The notes under the pieces: generated by a model | Databases searched by the model: none | The model's input: only the letters and a program-made list of their open reading frames with translations | What the model was told of the DNA's origin: nothing | Source of the DNA: a bacterium | GTDB lineage: Bacteria > Myxococcota > Kuafuiibacteriia > Kuafuiibacteriales > Kuafuiibacteriaceae | Assembly (NCBI GenBank): GCA_030426505.1 | Contig: JAUHYN010000001.1 | Location: 1 to 39,626 of the forward strand | DNA: 39,626 nucleotides | Direction: 5' to 3' | Translations under genes and position numbers: made by a program | In this document: one piece after another, positions 1 to 8,502 of the stretch | Numbering within the stretch: the first letter of the stretch is position 1 | How the letters are laid out: every line of letters starts with the position of its first letter

Positions 1-1
1 C

Positions 2-355
2 GACGCTCAGTTCGTCATCAAGGCCGGCCTGGAGCGTTCTGACCTCCAACCCAACGACACGATCGACCTCACACGACATGCCAAAGCGTGGCTCGCCAAC
101 CACGCGAGGCTGAAGGGCGCGGGCCAGGTCCTCAAGGCATGTCTCGAGTTGACCAAACTCGAGAGTGAAGACTTGAAGACGTTCGTCGGACGCACCTGGG
201 AGTGGTTCGATCAACACGAGGAGTTCGAGCACGCAAAGTTCGTTCTCAAGGCGCTTCTCGACCGCACGGATCTCGATGAGCAGCACTCTCGAGAGGCAAG
301 AGCGTATGCTCTGAGTTGGCTCGAACGGAACATCGAGCTCCCAGATTCGGAGTAG
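2..355 (+). CDS. 5'-truncated helical-repeat protein (about 38-aa repeats), upstream part; ends at TAG 353-355
   Basis: The frame of track ORF 149..355 stays open back to the window edge (DAQFVIKAGLERSDLQPND...). It contains three repeats with the core xxFVLKxxLxxxxL...WL: DAQFVIKAGLERSDL, AGQVLKACLELTKLES, AKFVLKALLDRTDLDE. Third codon positions are visibly less G/C-biased than in the rest of the window. Confidence 0.6.
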   Translation, partial: DAQFVIKAGLERSDLQPNDTIDLTRHAKAWLANHARLKGAGQVLKACLELTKLESEDLKTFVGRTWEWFDQHEEFEHAKFVLKALLDRTDLDEQHSREARAYALSWLERNIELPDSE

Positions 356-391
356 GTTCTGAAGCGCACCGACCTTTCGCCACAGGACATC

Positions 392-1063
392 TTGACGGCG
401 ATCCCGATCGCCCACGCTTGGCTCGACCTTCAGGGTGAAAATGTGGGGGCTCAGTTCATCCTGAAGGTCCTCTTGGGGTTGCCTCACGACGACCCGAAGC
501 ACGGTGCAGCCACGGACAAGGCATCCTTCCGCTGGCTCGCCGCGTTCAGCACGAACCCTGATGCCTCCTACGTCCTCGTTCCCTTCTTGAAGCGAGAGAT
601 CTCCGATCCAACGCAGCGCAGTGGACTGCTCTCAGCGATTCTCATTTGGCTCGACGCAAACTGGGACAAATCCGATACTTCCTGGGTCCTCAAGAAAGTG
701 ATCTTTTGGCCCGATGCACCGCCCAGCCTGATTCGTAGGATCGCCAAGTTGCTGATGGAGCGACCCTGGGACCCCGAGTTCGGGTGGAAGCTCAGCAGGC
801 TGCTCACACGCAAACCTCCCATCGAGTTCGATATCTGGGCCCGGGCTGCGTTGGTGCTCGCCGATCGTCTTCACGCACGACAGGCGGATCGCCGACTGAT
901 CGGACATCTCGGCGGCGCCGTCGCAAAGCGCCTCGGGAGCGGAGACGCTGAGGAGGCTCGATCGTGGCACTCCATGGTTGCGGACTGGAGATCGGCCAAG
1001 CCCGACGCCACGGCGACGCTCATCGACGCGCTGATTCTGACCGAGCCGGCGCCCGACCCATGA
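392..1063 (+). CDS. helical-repeat protein, downstream part (same frame and same repeat family as 2..355)
   Basis: The TTG start of the track ORF is only the first alternative start in frame. 392-353=39, so this ORF is in frame with the preceding one across a single TAG. It carries further repeat copies: AQFILKVLLGLPHDDP, ASYVLVPFLKREISDP, TSWVLKKVIFWPDAPP, FGWKLSRLLTRKPP. No catalytic motif was recognised. Confidence 0.55.
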   Translation: MTAIPIAHAWLDLQGENVGAQFILKVLLGLPHDDPKHGAATDKASFRWLAAFSTNPDASYVLVPFLKREISDPTQRSGLLSAILIWLDANWDKSDTSWVLKKVIFWPDAPPSLIRRIAKLLMERPWDPEFGWKLSRLLTRKPPIEFDIWARAALVLADRLHARQADRRLIGHLGGAVAKRLGSGDAEEARSWHSMVADWRSAKPDATATLIDALILTEPAPDP

Positions 1064-1064
1064 C

Positions 1065-2231
1065 TCACACGTGTCCGTTCGGCTTCCCGTTCTTCGGCGC
1101 CGAGCGCGACCAGATCTCCGTCACCTCGCTCGTCGCGTGGCGCACCAGCCAGCGCTCGACCACCGGGAAGACCTCGTCCGGGGCTTGGCGGCCGAGGAGG
1201 AGGCCGCCGTGGCCGTACTCCACGTCGCAGCCGCGGTCCTTGCCCATGACCACGAACTGCACGTCCTCGCTGCCCACGCGGTCCGCGACGAACTTCACCG
1301 CGCGCGGGGGCGCGAGGGAGTCCTTCGAGCCGGCGATCAGGAGGGTCGGCACCTTCAGGTTCTCGAGGCCGTCCTCGAGCTTGGTGCCGTCCATCGAATG
1401 TAATCCACCCGAGCGAACCCACGACAGCATCAACCGGATGATGCCCGGCGGGATGTCCTCCGCGAGGGACGCGAACAAGCGACGCAGCAGCGGATCGTCG
1501 AGCGGCGCGATCTTCGACAGCAGGATCTTCGGGAACAGGTTCAGCCAACTCGAGATCGGGACGCCGAGGCGGCCGAGCCACGCGAGCGGCAGCGGCCGAC
1601 GGAACAGGTGCGCCAACACCCAGCCCGGCGCGCGCAACGCGCGAAGATACTTCTGATGGGAGATCGTCCCCGGGCTCCCGATCGCGACGACCCCCGCGAT
1701 GCGCGACGTCAGCGGGTGCGCCTTCGCGAAGAAGAAGTACTGCAGGATCCCGCCCCAGCTGTGACCGACCCACAGCACGCGCTTCGCGGCCGTCAGATCC
1801 AGCACCGTCTCGATCGCCGTCGCGACGTCCTGCTCGACCTCGTCGTCGAGCGTCCAGTCCGCGCCCTTCGGCACCGTCGCGCGGCCGTGGCCCCGGGTCT
1901 CGAGGACCCAGACGTCGAAGCCCGCCCGCGCCAACGTGCGCGCGAGCGACATGCGGTCCCCGGACACCCCGTCGTCGAAGAAGTCCATGTTGAACCGGTT
2001 CGCCCCGAGGCCGTGGCACAGGATCACCGGCTCGCCATACCGTTGGAGCTCCGGCGGGTGGTGGTAGAGCGCGATGTGATGCCCGACATCCGACAGCTCG
2101 ACGGTCAACGTCTCGACCGAGCCCGCGTCATCGAGCCGGAACGAACGCGAGAACGCCTCCGCCATGAAGACGTACGCGACCCCGGCCACGACCAGGGCCA
2201 TCAGCGCGTAGAACAGCGTGTCGCCCGTCAT
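1065..2231 (-). CDS. alpha/beta-fold hydrolase with N-terminal membrane anchor
   Basis: Track ORF 1065..2399 is trimmed to ATG 2231 (MTGDTLFYALMALVVAGVAYVF). The longer form would run over the divergent pssA upstream region. It has an HG oxyanion motif (VILCHGLGAN) and the nucleophile elbow GHSWGG. Confidence 0.8.
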   Translation of the reverse strand: MTGDTLFYALMALVVAGVAYVFMAEAFSRSFRLDDAGSVETLTVELSDVGHHIALYHHPPELQRYGEPVILCHGLGANRFNMDFFDDGVSGDRMSLARTLARAGFDVWVLETRGHGRATVPKGADWTLDDEVEQDVATAIETVLDLTAAKRVLWVGHSWGGILQYFFFAKAHPLTSRIAGVVAIGSPGTISHQKYLRALRAPGWVLAHLFRRPLPLAWLGRLGVPISSWLNLFPKILLSKIAPLDDPLLRRLFASLAEDIPPGIIRLMLSWVRSGGLHSMDGTKLEDGLENLKVPTLLIAGSKDSLAPPRAVKFVADRVGSEDVQFVVMGKDRGCDVEYGHGGLLLGRQAPDEVFPVVERWLVRHATSEVTEIWSRSAPKNGKPNGHV

Positions 2232-2289
2232 GTCGTTACGATCATCGCACGTCCTGTGCTGCGATGCTCGTTCGAGCGTGCTAGCGTGA

Positions 2290-3180
2290 ATGGCCTTGGC
2301 GCGGACTGGCCAGCCCCGGAAGAAACGCCGGCGTCGCATTCGCTTCGACCTGCAGAAGGCGATGTTCGTCCTGCCGAACGCCTTCACGGTCTCGAGCATC
2401 TTCTGCGGCTTCTACGCCATCACCCTCTGTATGGGAGACGCCGAGCCCGGCGACCTGTACCGCGCCGCCATCGCGATCTTCTTCGGCATGTTCTTCGACA
2501 TGTTCGACGGCCGCGTCGCGCGACTGACGAAGACGCAGAGCGAGTTCGGCATGCAGCTCGACTCGCTCGCCGACCAGGTCTCGTTCGGCGCCGCGCCGGG
2601 CGTACTCCTGTGGCGGTGGTGCCTCTACGAGCTCGAGTTCATCGGGCTCTTCATCGCGTTCCTCTACGTCGCGTGCGGCGCGCTCCGCCTCGCGCGGTTC
2701 AACGTCCTCGCGACGCGTGAACCGGGCTCGTCGAAGTACTTCGTGGGCCTCCCGATCCCGCTCGCCGCGGGCACCGTCGTCGCGATGGTCATGGCGAGCT
2801 ACCCGTTCGGCGAACCCAAGTACGGCGGGCCGCCGAGCGTCGCGGCCGTCGCGCTCGTCCTCGCGGCGCTCATGGTGTCCAACGTGCGCTACCGCACGTT
2901 CAAGGATCTCCGCCCCTCGAAGAAGTCGGTCTCGATCGCCTTCGTGGTCTGCATCGTCTTCGCCGCCGTCTCCGCGCAGCTCAAGCCCACGGTGGCCCTC
3001 GCGGTGCTCTTCATCGGCTACATCTCGCTCGGCCTCACCGAGGAGGTCGTCTTCTTCAAGCGCCGCCGCGCCGAGAAGGAGGCCGTGCTCCCCGAGGACG
3101 ACGAGGGCGAGAGCGACGAAGAGTTCGACGACGACGACGACGACGAGGAAGAGCTCGAAGAGCCCCCCGCCCTCGCCTGA
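2290..3180 (+). CDS. pssA: CDP-diacylglycerol--serine O-phosphatidyltransferase (CDP-alcohol phosphatidyltransferase family)
   Basis: It carries the signature DGRVARLTKTQSEFGMQLDSLAD (D-G-x2-A-R-x8-G-x3-D-x3-D). The N-terminus is basic (RKKRRRR) and is followed by LPNAFT and several hydrophobic helices. Confidence 0.85.
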   Translation: MALARTGQPRKKRRRRIRFDLQKAMFVLPNAFTVSSIFCGFYAITLCMGDAEPGDLYRAAIAIFFGMFFDMFDGRVARLTKTQSEFGMQLDSLADQVSFGAAPGVLLWRWCLYELEFIGLFIAFLYVACGALRLARFNVLATREPGSSKYFVGLPIPLAAGTVVAMVMASYPFGEPKYGGPPSVAAVALVLAALMVSNVRYRTFKDLRPSKKSVSIAFVVCIVFAAVSAQLKPTVALAVLFIGYISLGLTEEVVFFKRRRAEKEAVLPEDDEGESDEEFDDDDDDEEELEEPPALA

Positions 3181-3298
3181 GCCCCGCGAAACCCGAGGAG
3201 GCGCGTGTCCTACCCGAGCCCTCGACGCGTGCCATAACGGGCGGTCCGCACCCTGACCGATGGTTTGTGATCCCCAGGCGCGGTGCCCTGTCTCTAGA

Positions 3299-4726
3299 AT
3301 GCGATGGAGTCTCCTCCCGGCCGCCACGGCGGTCGTGTTGCTGGCGTCCGACGCGTGGGCTCTGCCCGTCGCGCCCGGCGCCTTCTGCGACGCCTACCCC
3401 GAAGCCCCGACGTGCCTCGCCGGACTCCCGGCCTGCACGTACTGCCACGCCGGCACACCGCCCACGCGCAATCGATTCGGTATGGCGCTCGAAGCGAAGA
3501 TCCTCCCGGCGATGTCGCGGCCGTTGTCGGCCGAAGACTTCCTCGGCGCGCTCCCCACGGCGCTGATGGAGCTCGAGGGCGAGGACGCCGACGGCGACGG
3601 GTACACGAACCTCGACGAGATCCTCTCCGGCACGTTGCCCGGTGACGACCTCTCGCGCCCCGACGAGATCGAGTGCGTCGGCAAGACCGGGACGAACAAC
3701 CAGTACGACGTCTGCAACTGGGACGCGCGCTACGCGTTCAAGAAGGTCAGCCTCGACTTCTGCGGCCGCTCCCCGACGTGGGAACAGATGCAAGCGTTCG
3801 AGGCCGCCGCCGATCCGCGCGCCGCGGTCCACGCGCGACTCACCGAGTGCCTCGACAGCCCATTCTGGATCGGACAGGACGGCCAGCTCTGGGAGCTCGC
3901 CCACAAGAAGATCCGCCCCATCCAGGCGATCAAGTCCGGCGACGACGGCGGCGTCATCCCGCTCGCCGACTACTACGACGACTACCGCCTCTTCGTGTAC
4001 GCGCAGACCGACGACCACGACGCCCGCAGCGTCCTCACCGCGGACTTCTTCACCGTCGCGCGCACCAACGCGAACGGCCAGACCACGCACTACGACGTCG
4101 CGACCGGCGGCGACCGCACCGGCCGCCAGGACGTCTCGACCGACCGCCGCGCGGGCATGATGACCACGCGCTGGAACCTCGTCCTCAACGTCATGTTCAC
4201 CGCGCTCCCGCGCACGGCCGCCGCGCAGGCGTACCGGTCGTTCCTCGGTATGGACATCGCGCGGCTTCAGGGCCTGAACCCGATCGCGAACGAGCCCGTC
4301 GACTACGACGACAAGGGCGTGCAGGCGGACGCGTGCAAGGTCTGCCACTCCACGCTCGACCCGGCGTCGTACCCCTTCAAGAACTACCAAGGCCTCACCG
4401 GCAGCGTCGGCACGTACGACCCTAACCGCATCGAGGACGACTTCCGCAACGAGGGCGCGAACATCACCGCGATGCCGGAGCAGGGCTACGTGCTCGGGCA
4501 GCCGGTGAGCGACCTCACCGAGTGGGCCCAGGTCGCCGCGAACAGCGAGGCCTTCGCCGCAGCGTCCGTCATGGAGTACTGGCGCCTCCTCCTCGGACAC
4601 GAGCCGCTCGCGTCCGAGCAGGAAGAGTTCAACGCGCTGTGGACCACGCTGATGGGCCGCAACAACTACCGGATCGAGCGGATGCTCCACGATCTGATCG
4701 ACACGGAGGCCTACGGTGTTCCGTAA
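3299..4726 (+). CDS. secreted protein with two CXXCH haem-binding motifs (planctomycete-type PSCyt / DUF1585-1588-like)
   Basis: The track ORF is trimmed to ATG 3299 (MRWSLLPAATAVVLLASDAWA signal peptide). It has CTYCH near the N-terminus and CKVCHSTLDP later, plus a DADGDGYTNLDE calcium-binding-type motif. The family name is a motif-level guess. Confidence 0.7.
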   Translation: MRWSLLPAATAVVLLASDAWALPVAPGAFCDAYPEAPTCLAGLPACTYCHAGTPPTRNRFGMALEAKILPAMSRPLSAEDFLGALPTALMELEGEDADGDGYTNLDEILSGTLPGDDLSRPDEIECVGKTGTNNQYDVCNWDARYAFKKVSLDFCGRSPTWEQMQAFEAAADPRAAVHARLTECLDSPFWIGQDGQLWELAHKKIRPIQAIKSGDDGGVIPLADYYDDYRLFVYAQTDDHDARSVLTADFFTVARTNANGQTTHYDVATGGDRTGRQDVSTDRRAGMMTTRWNLVLNVMFTALPRTAAAQAYRSFLGMDIARLQGLNPIANEPVDYDDKGVQADACKVCHSTLDPASYPFKNYQGLTGSVGTYDPNRIEDDFRNEGANITAMPEQGYVLGQPVSDLTEWAQVAANSEAFAAASVMEYWRLLLGHEPLASEQEEFNALWTTLMGRNNYRIERMLHDLIDTEAYGVP

Positions 4727-5408
4727 GACGTACGCGGTCCTCGCTCTGTCCTCGTTCCTCTACGCGTGCCCGTCGGCCGAGCCCACGCCCGGCGACAACC
4801 CCACGCGCGACGGCGGCACTTCCGTCGACGACCCCAACCGCGACGGCGGCGTCACGACGACCACGCCGAGCTTCCTCGCGTCGGAGAAGGGCAGCGTTCG
4901 CTTCAAGCGAAACCGCCGCATCCAAGCCGACTTCGCGACGGCGCTCGACCTGAACGACGCCGCGGTCTGCAACGAGCTCGGCCAGTACTCCTGCGCCGAC
5001 TTCATCCACCGCATCACGCTCGGCGGCGTCGAGGCGTACGTGCAGGGCTTGAACGAGCCGCTGCCGTTCACCTCGGTCACCACGCCGCTCGCCGTGGAGC
5101 GCATGGCGCTGTTCGCCTGCCGCGAGCGCGTCACGACGGACCTCGCCGACTCGGACAACGCGCGCATCTGGGGCGGGCTGCCGCTCGCCAACGGGGCGCT
5201 CGCGGACGTGGAGGCCGAAGAGGTCGCCGCCGCCGTCCAACGTCTCTACCAGCGCGCGTTGCTGAGGAACCCCACGCCCGACGAGGTCGCGCACCATCGT
5301 CAGCTCTATCGCGACATCGAAGCCGACGGGCAGCCGAACGCTGCGCGGGACTGGGCCATCCTGTCCTGCCACGCCGTCCTCACTTCGATGGAGTCGCTGT
5401 TCTACTGA
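4716..5408 (+). CDS. lipoprotein of unknown function, co-operonic with the CXXCH protein
   Basis: The GTG start overlaps the upstream stop (TAA 4724-4726) by 11 nt. It has a lipobox (SSFLYAC) followed by an RDGG-type linker (NPTRDGG, PNRDGG). The C-terminal part (LYQRALLRNPTPDEVAHH) resembles the DUF1592/1595-type modules that accompany PSCyt proteins. Confidence 0.65.
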   Translation: MFRKTYAVLALSSFLYACPSAEPTPGDNPTRDGGTSVDDPNRDGGVTTTTPSFLASEKGSVRFKRNRRIQADFATALDLNDAAVCNELGQYSCADFIHRITLGGVEAYVQGLNEPLPFTSVTTPLAVERMALFACRERVTTDLADSDNARIWGGLPLANGALADVEAEEVAAAVQRLYQRALLRNPTPDEVAHHRQLYRDIEADGQPNAARDWAILSCHAVLTSMESLFY

Positions 5409-5421
5409 GGAGAGCCCAGAC

Positions 5422-6903
5422 ATGCGCGATCTCAACCGACGTAACTTCCTCAAGGGCCTCGGCGCCGCCTCACTCGGTGGCGCCGTGTCGCCGCTCCTCG
5501 CGAAGCAAGCCTTCGCGCAGGACGGCAAGAAGCCCAAGTTCCTGATCGTGATCGCGGGCGCCGGCGGCGCTTCGCTGATCGACAGCTTCCTCGCGATCCG
5601 CGAGTCCGAGGCCGGCAACGCCGCGCCCACGCTCAACTGCTTCCGCGACGCGGAGGTCGAGTCGTGGACGGACACGCCGTTCCGCGCGGTGAACCTGCAG
5701 CGCAACCAGGTCGGCGCGATCCCGATCCCGTTCCGCACCAACCAGTCCGCGTTCGTGCGCAAGCACATGAACGACCTCATGGTCGTCACGCACACGGGCA
5801 CGAGCGTGAACCACACCGTCGCGCAGAAGCGCGCGATCACCGGCAACGAGGCCTGGAACGGGCGCACGCTGCAGGAGGCCGTCGCGGCCGAGTACGGCGC
5901 CACGCTCGCGCTCCCGAACGTGAACATGGCGGCGGGTGGCTACCTCGAGCCGGGCATCGACCGCACGCTCCCCGCGTACGCGGTGGGTGAGCCGGTGGCG
6001 CGTCCCGACTTCTGGCCGCTGTCACTCGACGGTGCGCGCGGGATCAAGGACACGCCGTCGCGCTCACGGCTCGAGCTCGCGCGCACGCTGCGCAACGAGA
6101 AGCTCGATCCCGAGTCGACGTTCTTCCGCACCTTCGAGGAGAGCCCGCGGCTTCAGCGCTGGACCGAACAGCGCCGCCTCGCGAAGGGCCTCGAGATGCA
6201 GGACCTGATCACGAAGCTCAACGCGTACCCGAACATCCCCGGGAGCATCCCCCTCAACGAGTACGGGCTCGACGAGTCACCGGACGGCCAGGTCGTGCGC
6301 GACGCGTTCCCGAAGTTCACGCAGGATCCGCTCGAGGCGCAGGCGATGCTCGCCTACCTCCTCATCAAGAACCGGGTCTCCTGCACGGTGACGATCTCGC
6401 CGTCGTTCAACGTACTCCTCACGACGTCGCCGCCGGCGCTCACGAACCCGCCGCTCGCTTTCGACTTCTCGCACCAGTCGCACCGCGACGCGCAGGCCGT
6501 GATGTGGCAGCGCATCACCGGCATCGCGGATCGGCTCGTGGACCTGTTGAAGGCGGAGGAGTTCGAGGCCGGCGAGTCGCTGTGGGATCGCTCGATGATC
6601 TTCTTCGCGAGCGACTTCGGCCGCACGAAGCGGCGCCCCGCGAACTCGCAGAGCTTCGGGTCGTCGCACGACCTCAACAACGGCTTCGCGGTGCTCTCAC
6701 CGTTCGTGAACGGCAACAAGGTGCTCGGCGGCGTCGACCCGGCGACCGGCCTCACCTACGGCTTCGACCCGACCACGGGCGAGCCGGACCCCGGCCGCAC
6801 GATGCAGGAGAAGGAGATCTACGCAGGCCTCCTCCACGCGCTGGACGTCGACACGACCGGCGCGGGACTCCCCGACATGCGCGCGATGCGCAAGAACGCC
6901 TGA
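5422..6903 (+). CDS. Tat-exported DUF1501/DUF1552-like protein
   Basis: A GAGGAG ribosome-binding site lies 8 nt upstream of ATG 5422. The twin-arginine signal is MRDLNRRNFLKGLGAASLGG...AFA. The motifs FASDFGRT and GSSHD resemble the sulfatase-like DUF1501 core. Confidence 0.75.
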   Translation: MRDLNRRNFLKGLGAASLGGAVSPLLAKQAFAQDGKKPKFLIVIAGAGGASLIDSFLAIRESEAGNAAPTLNCFRDAEVESWTDTPFRAVNLQRNQVGAIPIPFRTNQSAFVRKHMNDLMVVTHTGTSVNHTVAQKRAITGNEAWNGRTLQEAVAAEYGATLALPNVNMAAGGYLEPGIDRTLPAYAVGEPVARPDFWPLSLDGARGIKDTPSRSRLELARTLRNEKLDPESTFFRTFEESPRLQRWTEQRRLAKGLEMQDLITKLNAYPNIPGSIPLNEYGLDESPDGQVVRDAFPKFTQDPLEAQAMLAYLLIKNRVSCTVTISPSFNVLLTTSPPALTNPPLAFDFSHQSHRDAQAVMWQRITGIADRLVDLLKAEEFEAGESLWDRSMIFFASDFGRTKRRPANSQSFGSSHDLNNGFAVLSPFVNGNKVLGGVDPATGLTYGFDPTTGEPDPGRTMQEKEIYAGLLHALDVDTTGAGLPDMRAMRKNA

Positions 6904-6942
6904 CGCCGGGCGCGGAGGGCGTATGATGCCCCCGCCCGCGCG

Positions 6943-8496
6943 ATGACCGACACCCTGAAAGATCCGGACGCGTACCTGCAGGGGCGCGTCGCGCTCTTCT
7001 CCCGTGCCGCTGCGCTGTTCTTCGGGGTCATGTTCGTCCTCGATATGGCGTCGCCGTCGGTCGCGGACGAGGCCACGTGGTCATCGACGCGCGTCGTCGG
7101 GCTCTCCGTCACCGCGACCTTCGGGTTGATCTGGCTCGCCACGCGCCGCGGGCGACGGCCGGCGCGCGTCTCTCGCACGCTCGAGCTAGGCGGGATGCTC
7201 GTCGCGATGACGATGTTCGCCGCGCTGCCGCTGTCGCCCCCGATCACCGGCGCGGGGGGCGTCATGGGCATGATCGTCGCGATCCCGATGGGTGTGATCG
7301 TGCTGTTGCGCGCCGCGGTGATCCCGAGCGTCGCGTGGCTCTCCGCACTGATCGCCCTCGTGTGGGGCGCGGCGATCACGGTGACCTCGGTGCTCGGCTG
7401 GGAACACGTCGTCGTCACCATCCCGGTAGACGAGACGTTCGACTCGCGCGCGCTCCCGCTCACGGTCAACGGCTTCGCGACGGTCGGCTTCGCGTTCGTG
7501 GCCGGCGTGATCTCTCGGGTCGTCCACGGCCTCGAGACACGCGTCCGCGACTTCATGCAGCTCGGCCAGTACACGCTCGAGGCCAAGCTCGGCGAAGGCG
7601 GGATGGGCGCCGTCTACCGCGCGCGTCACGCGATGCTTCGGCGGCCCACGGCGGTGAAGTTGCTACCGCCCGCGAAGGCCGGAGAAGAGGCGATCGCGCG
7701 CTTCGAGCGCGAGGTCCAACAGACGAGCCGCCTCACGCACCCGAACACCGTCGCCATCTTCGACTTCGGGCGCACGAGCGACGGCGTCTTCTACTACGCG
7801 ATGGAGTACCTCGACGGCGTCAGCCTCGAGCAACTCGTCGCGCGATTCGGGCCGCTCCCCGAGGGCCGCGTCGTCCACATCCTCCGGCAGGTCGCGAGCG
7901 CGCTCGCGGAGGCGCACGGCGTCGGCCTGGTCCACCGCGACATCAAGCCGGACAACATCATCCTCTGCGAACGCGGCGGCGTCGCGGACGTCGTGAAGGT
8001 CGTGGACTTCGGGCTCGTGAAGGACATCCAGACCTCGAGCGATCCCGGCGTGACCACCGCGAACACCGTGCAGGGCACGCCGCTGTACCTCGCGCCCGAG
8101 GCGCTCACGGATCCGGACGCCGTCGACGCGCGGACGGATCTCTACGCGCTCGGAGCGGTCGCCTACTTCCTCCTCACCGGCTCGCCCGTGTTCGACGGCA
8201 ACGTGGTGCAGGTGCTCGGCCACCACATCCACACCGCGCCCACGCCGCCGAGCGAACGGCGCGACGACGCGATCGATCCGCAGCTCGAACGGATCGTGTT
8301 GAAGTGTCTCGCGAAGGCGCCCACGGATCGGTTCGCGTCGGCGGGGGATCTGATCGAAGCGCTCGACGCCTGCACGGCCCGCTGGACACGCGCCGACGCG
8401 ACGGGGTGGTGGAGTCAGCACCGGGCCCAGATCGGCGAGGCGCGAGAGGCGTCGGTCGAGACTTCACACAAGACCATCGCGCGCGACCTCGCCTGA
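6943..8496 (+). CDS. membrane-anchored Ser/Thr protein kinase (about six N-terminal TM helices plus a Hanks-type kinase domain)
   Basis: Kinase motifs present: GEGGMGAVYRA ... AVKLL (Gly loop and Lys), HRDIKPDNIIL, DFGLVK, GTPLYLAPE. The first ~210 residues are hydrophobic helices. Confidence 0.9.
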   Translation: MTDTLKDPDAYLQGRVALFSRAAALFFGVMFVLDMASPSVADEATWSSTRVVGLSVTATFGLIWLATRRGRRPARVSRTLELGGMLVAMTMFAALPLSPPITGAGGVMGMIVAIPMGVIVLLRAAVIPSVAWLSALIALVWGAAITVTSVLGWEHVVVTIPVDETFDSRALPLTVNGFATVGFAFVAGVISRVVHGLETRVRDFMQLGQYTLEAKLGEGGMGAVYRARHAMLRRPTAVKLLPPAKAGEEAIARFEREVQQTSRLTHPNTVAIFDFGRTSDGVFYYAMEYLDGVSLEQLVARFGPLPEGRVVHILRQVASALAEAHGVGLVHRDIKPDNIILCERGGVADVVKVVDFGLVKDIQTSSDPGVTTANTVQGTPLYLAPEALTDPDAVDARTDLYALGAVAYFLLTGSPVFDGNVVQVLGHHIHTAPTPPSERRDDAIDPQLERIVLKCLAKAPTDRFASAGDLIEALDACTARWTRADATGWWSQHRAQIGEAREASVETSHKTIARDLA

Positions 8497-8502
8497 ATCC
8501 GA

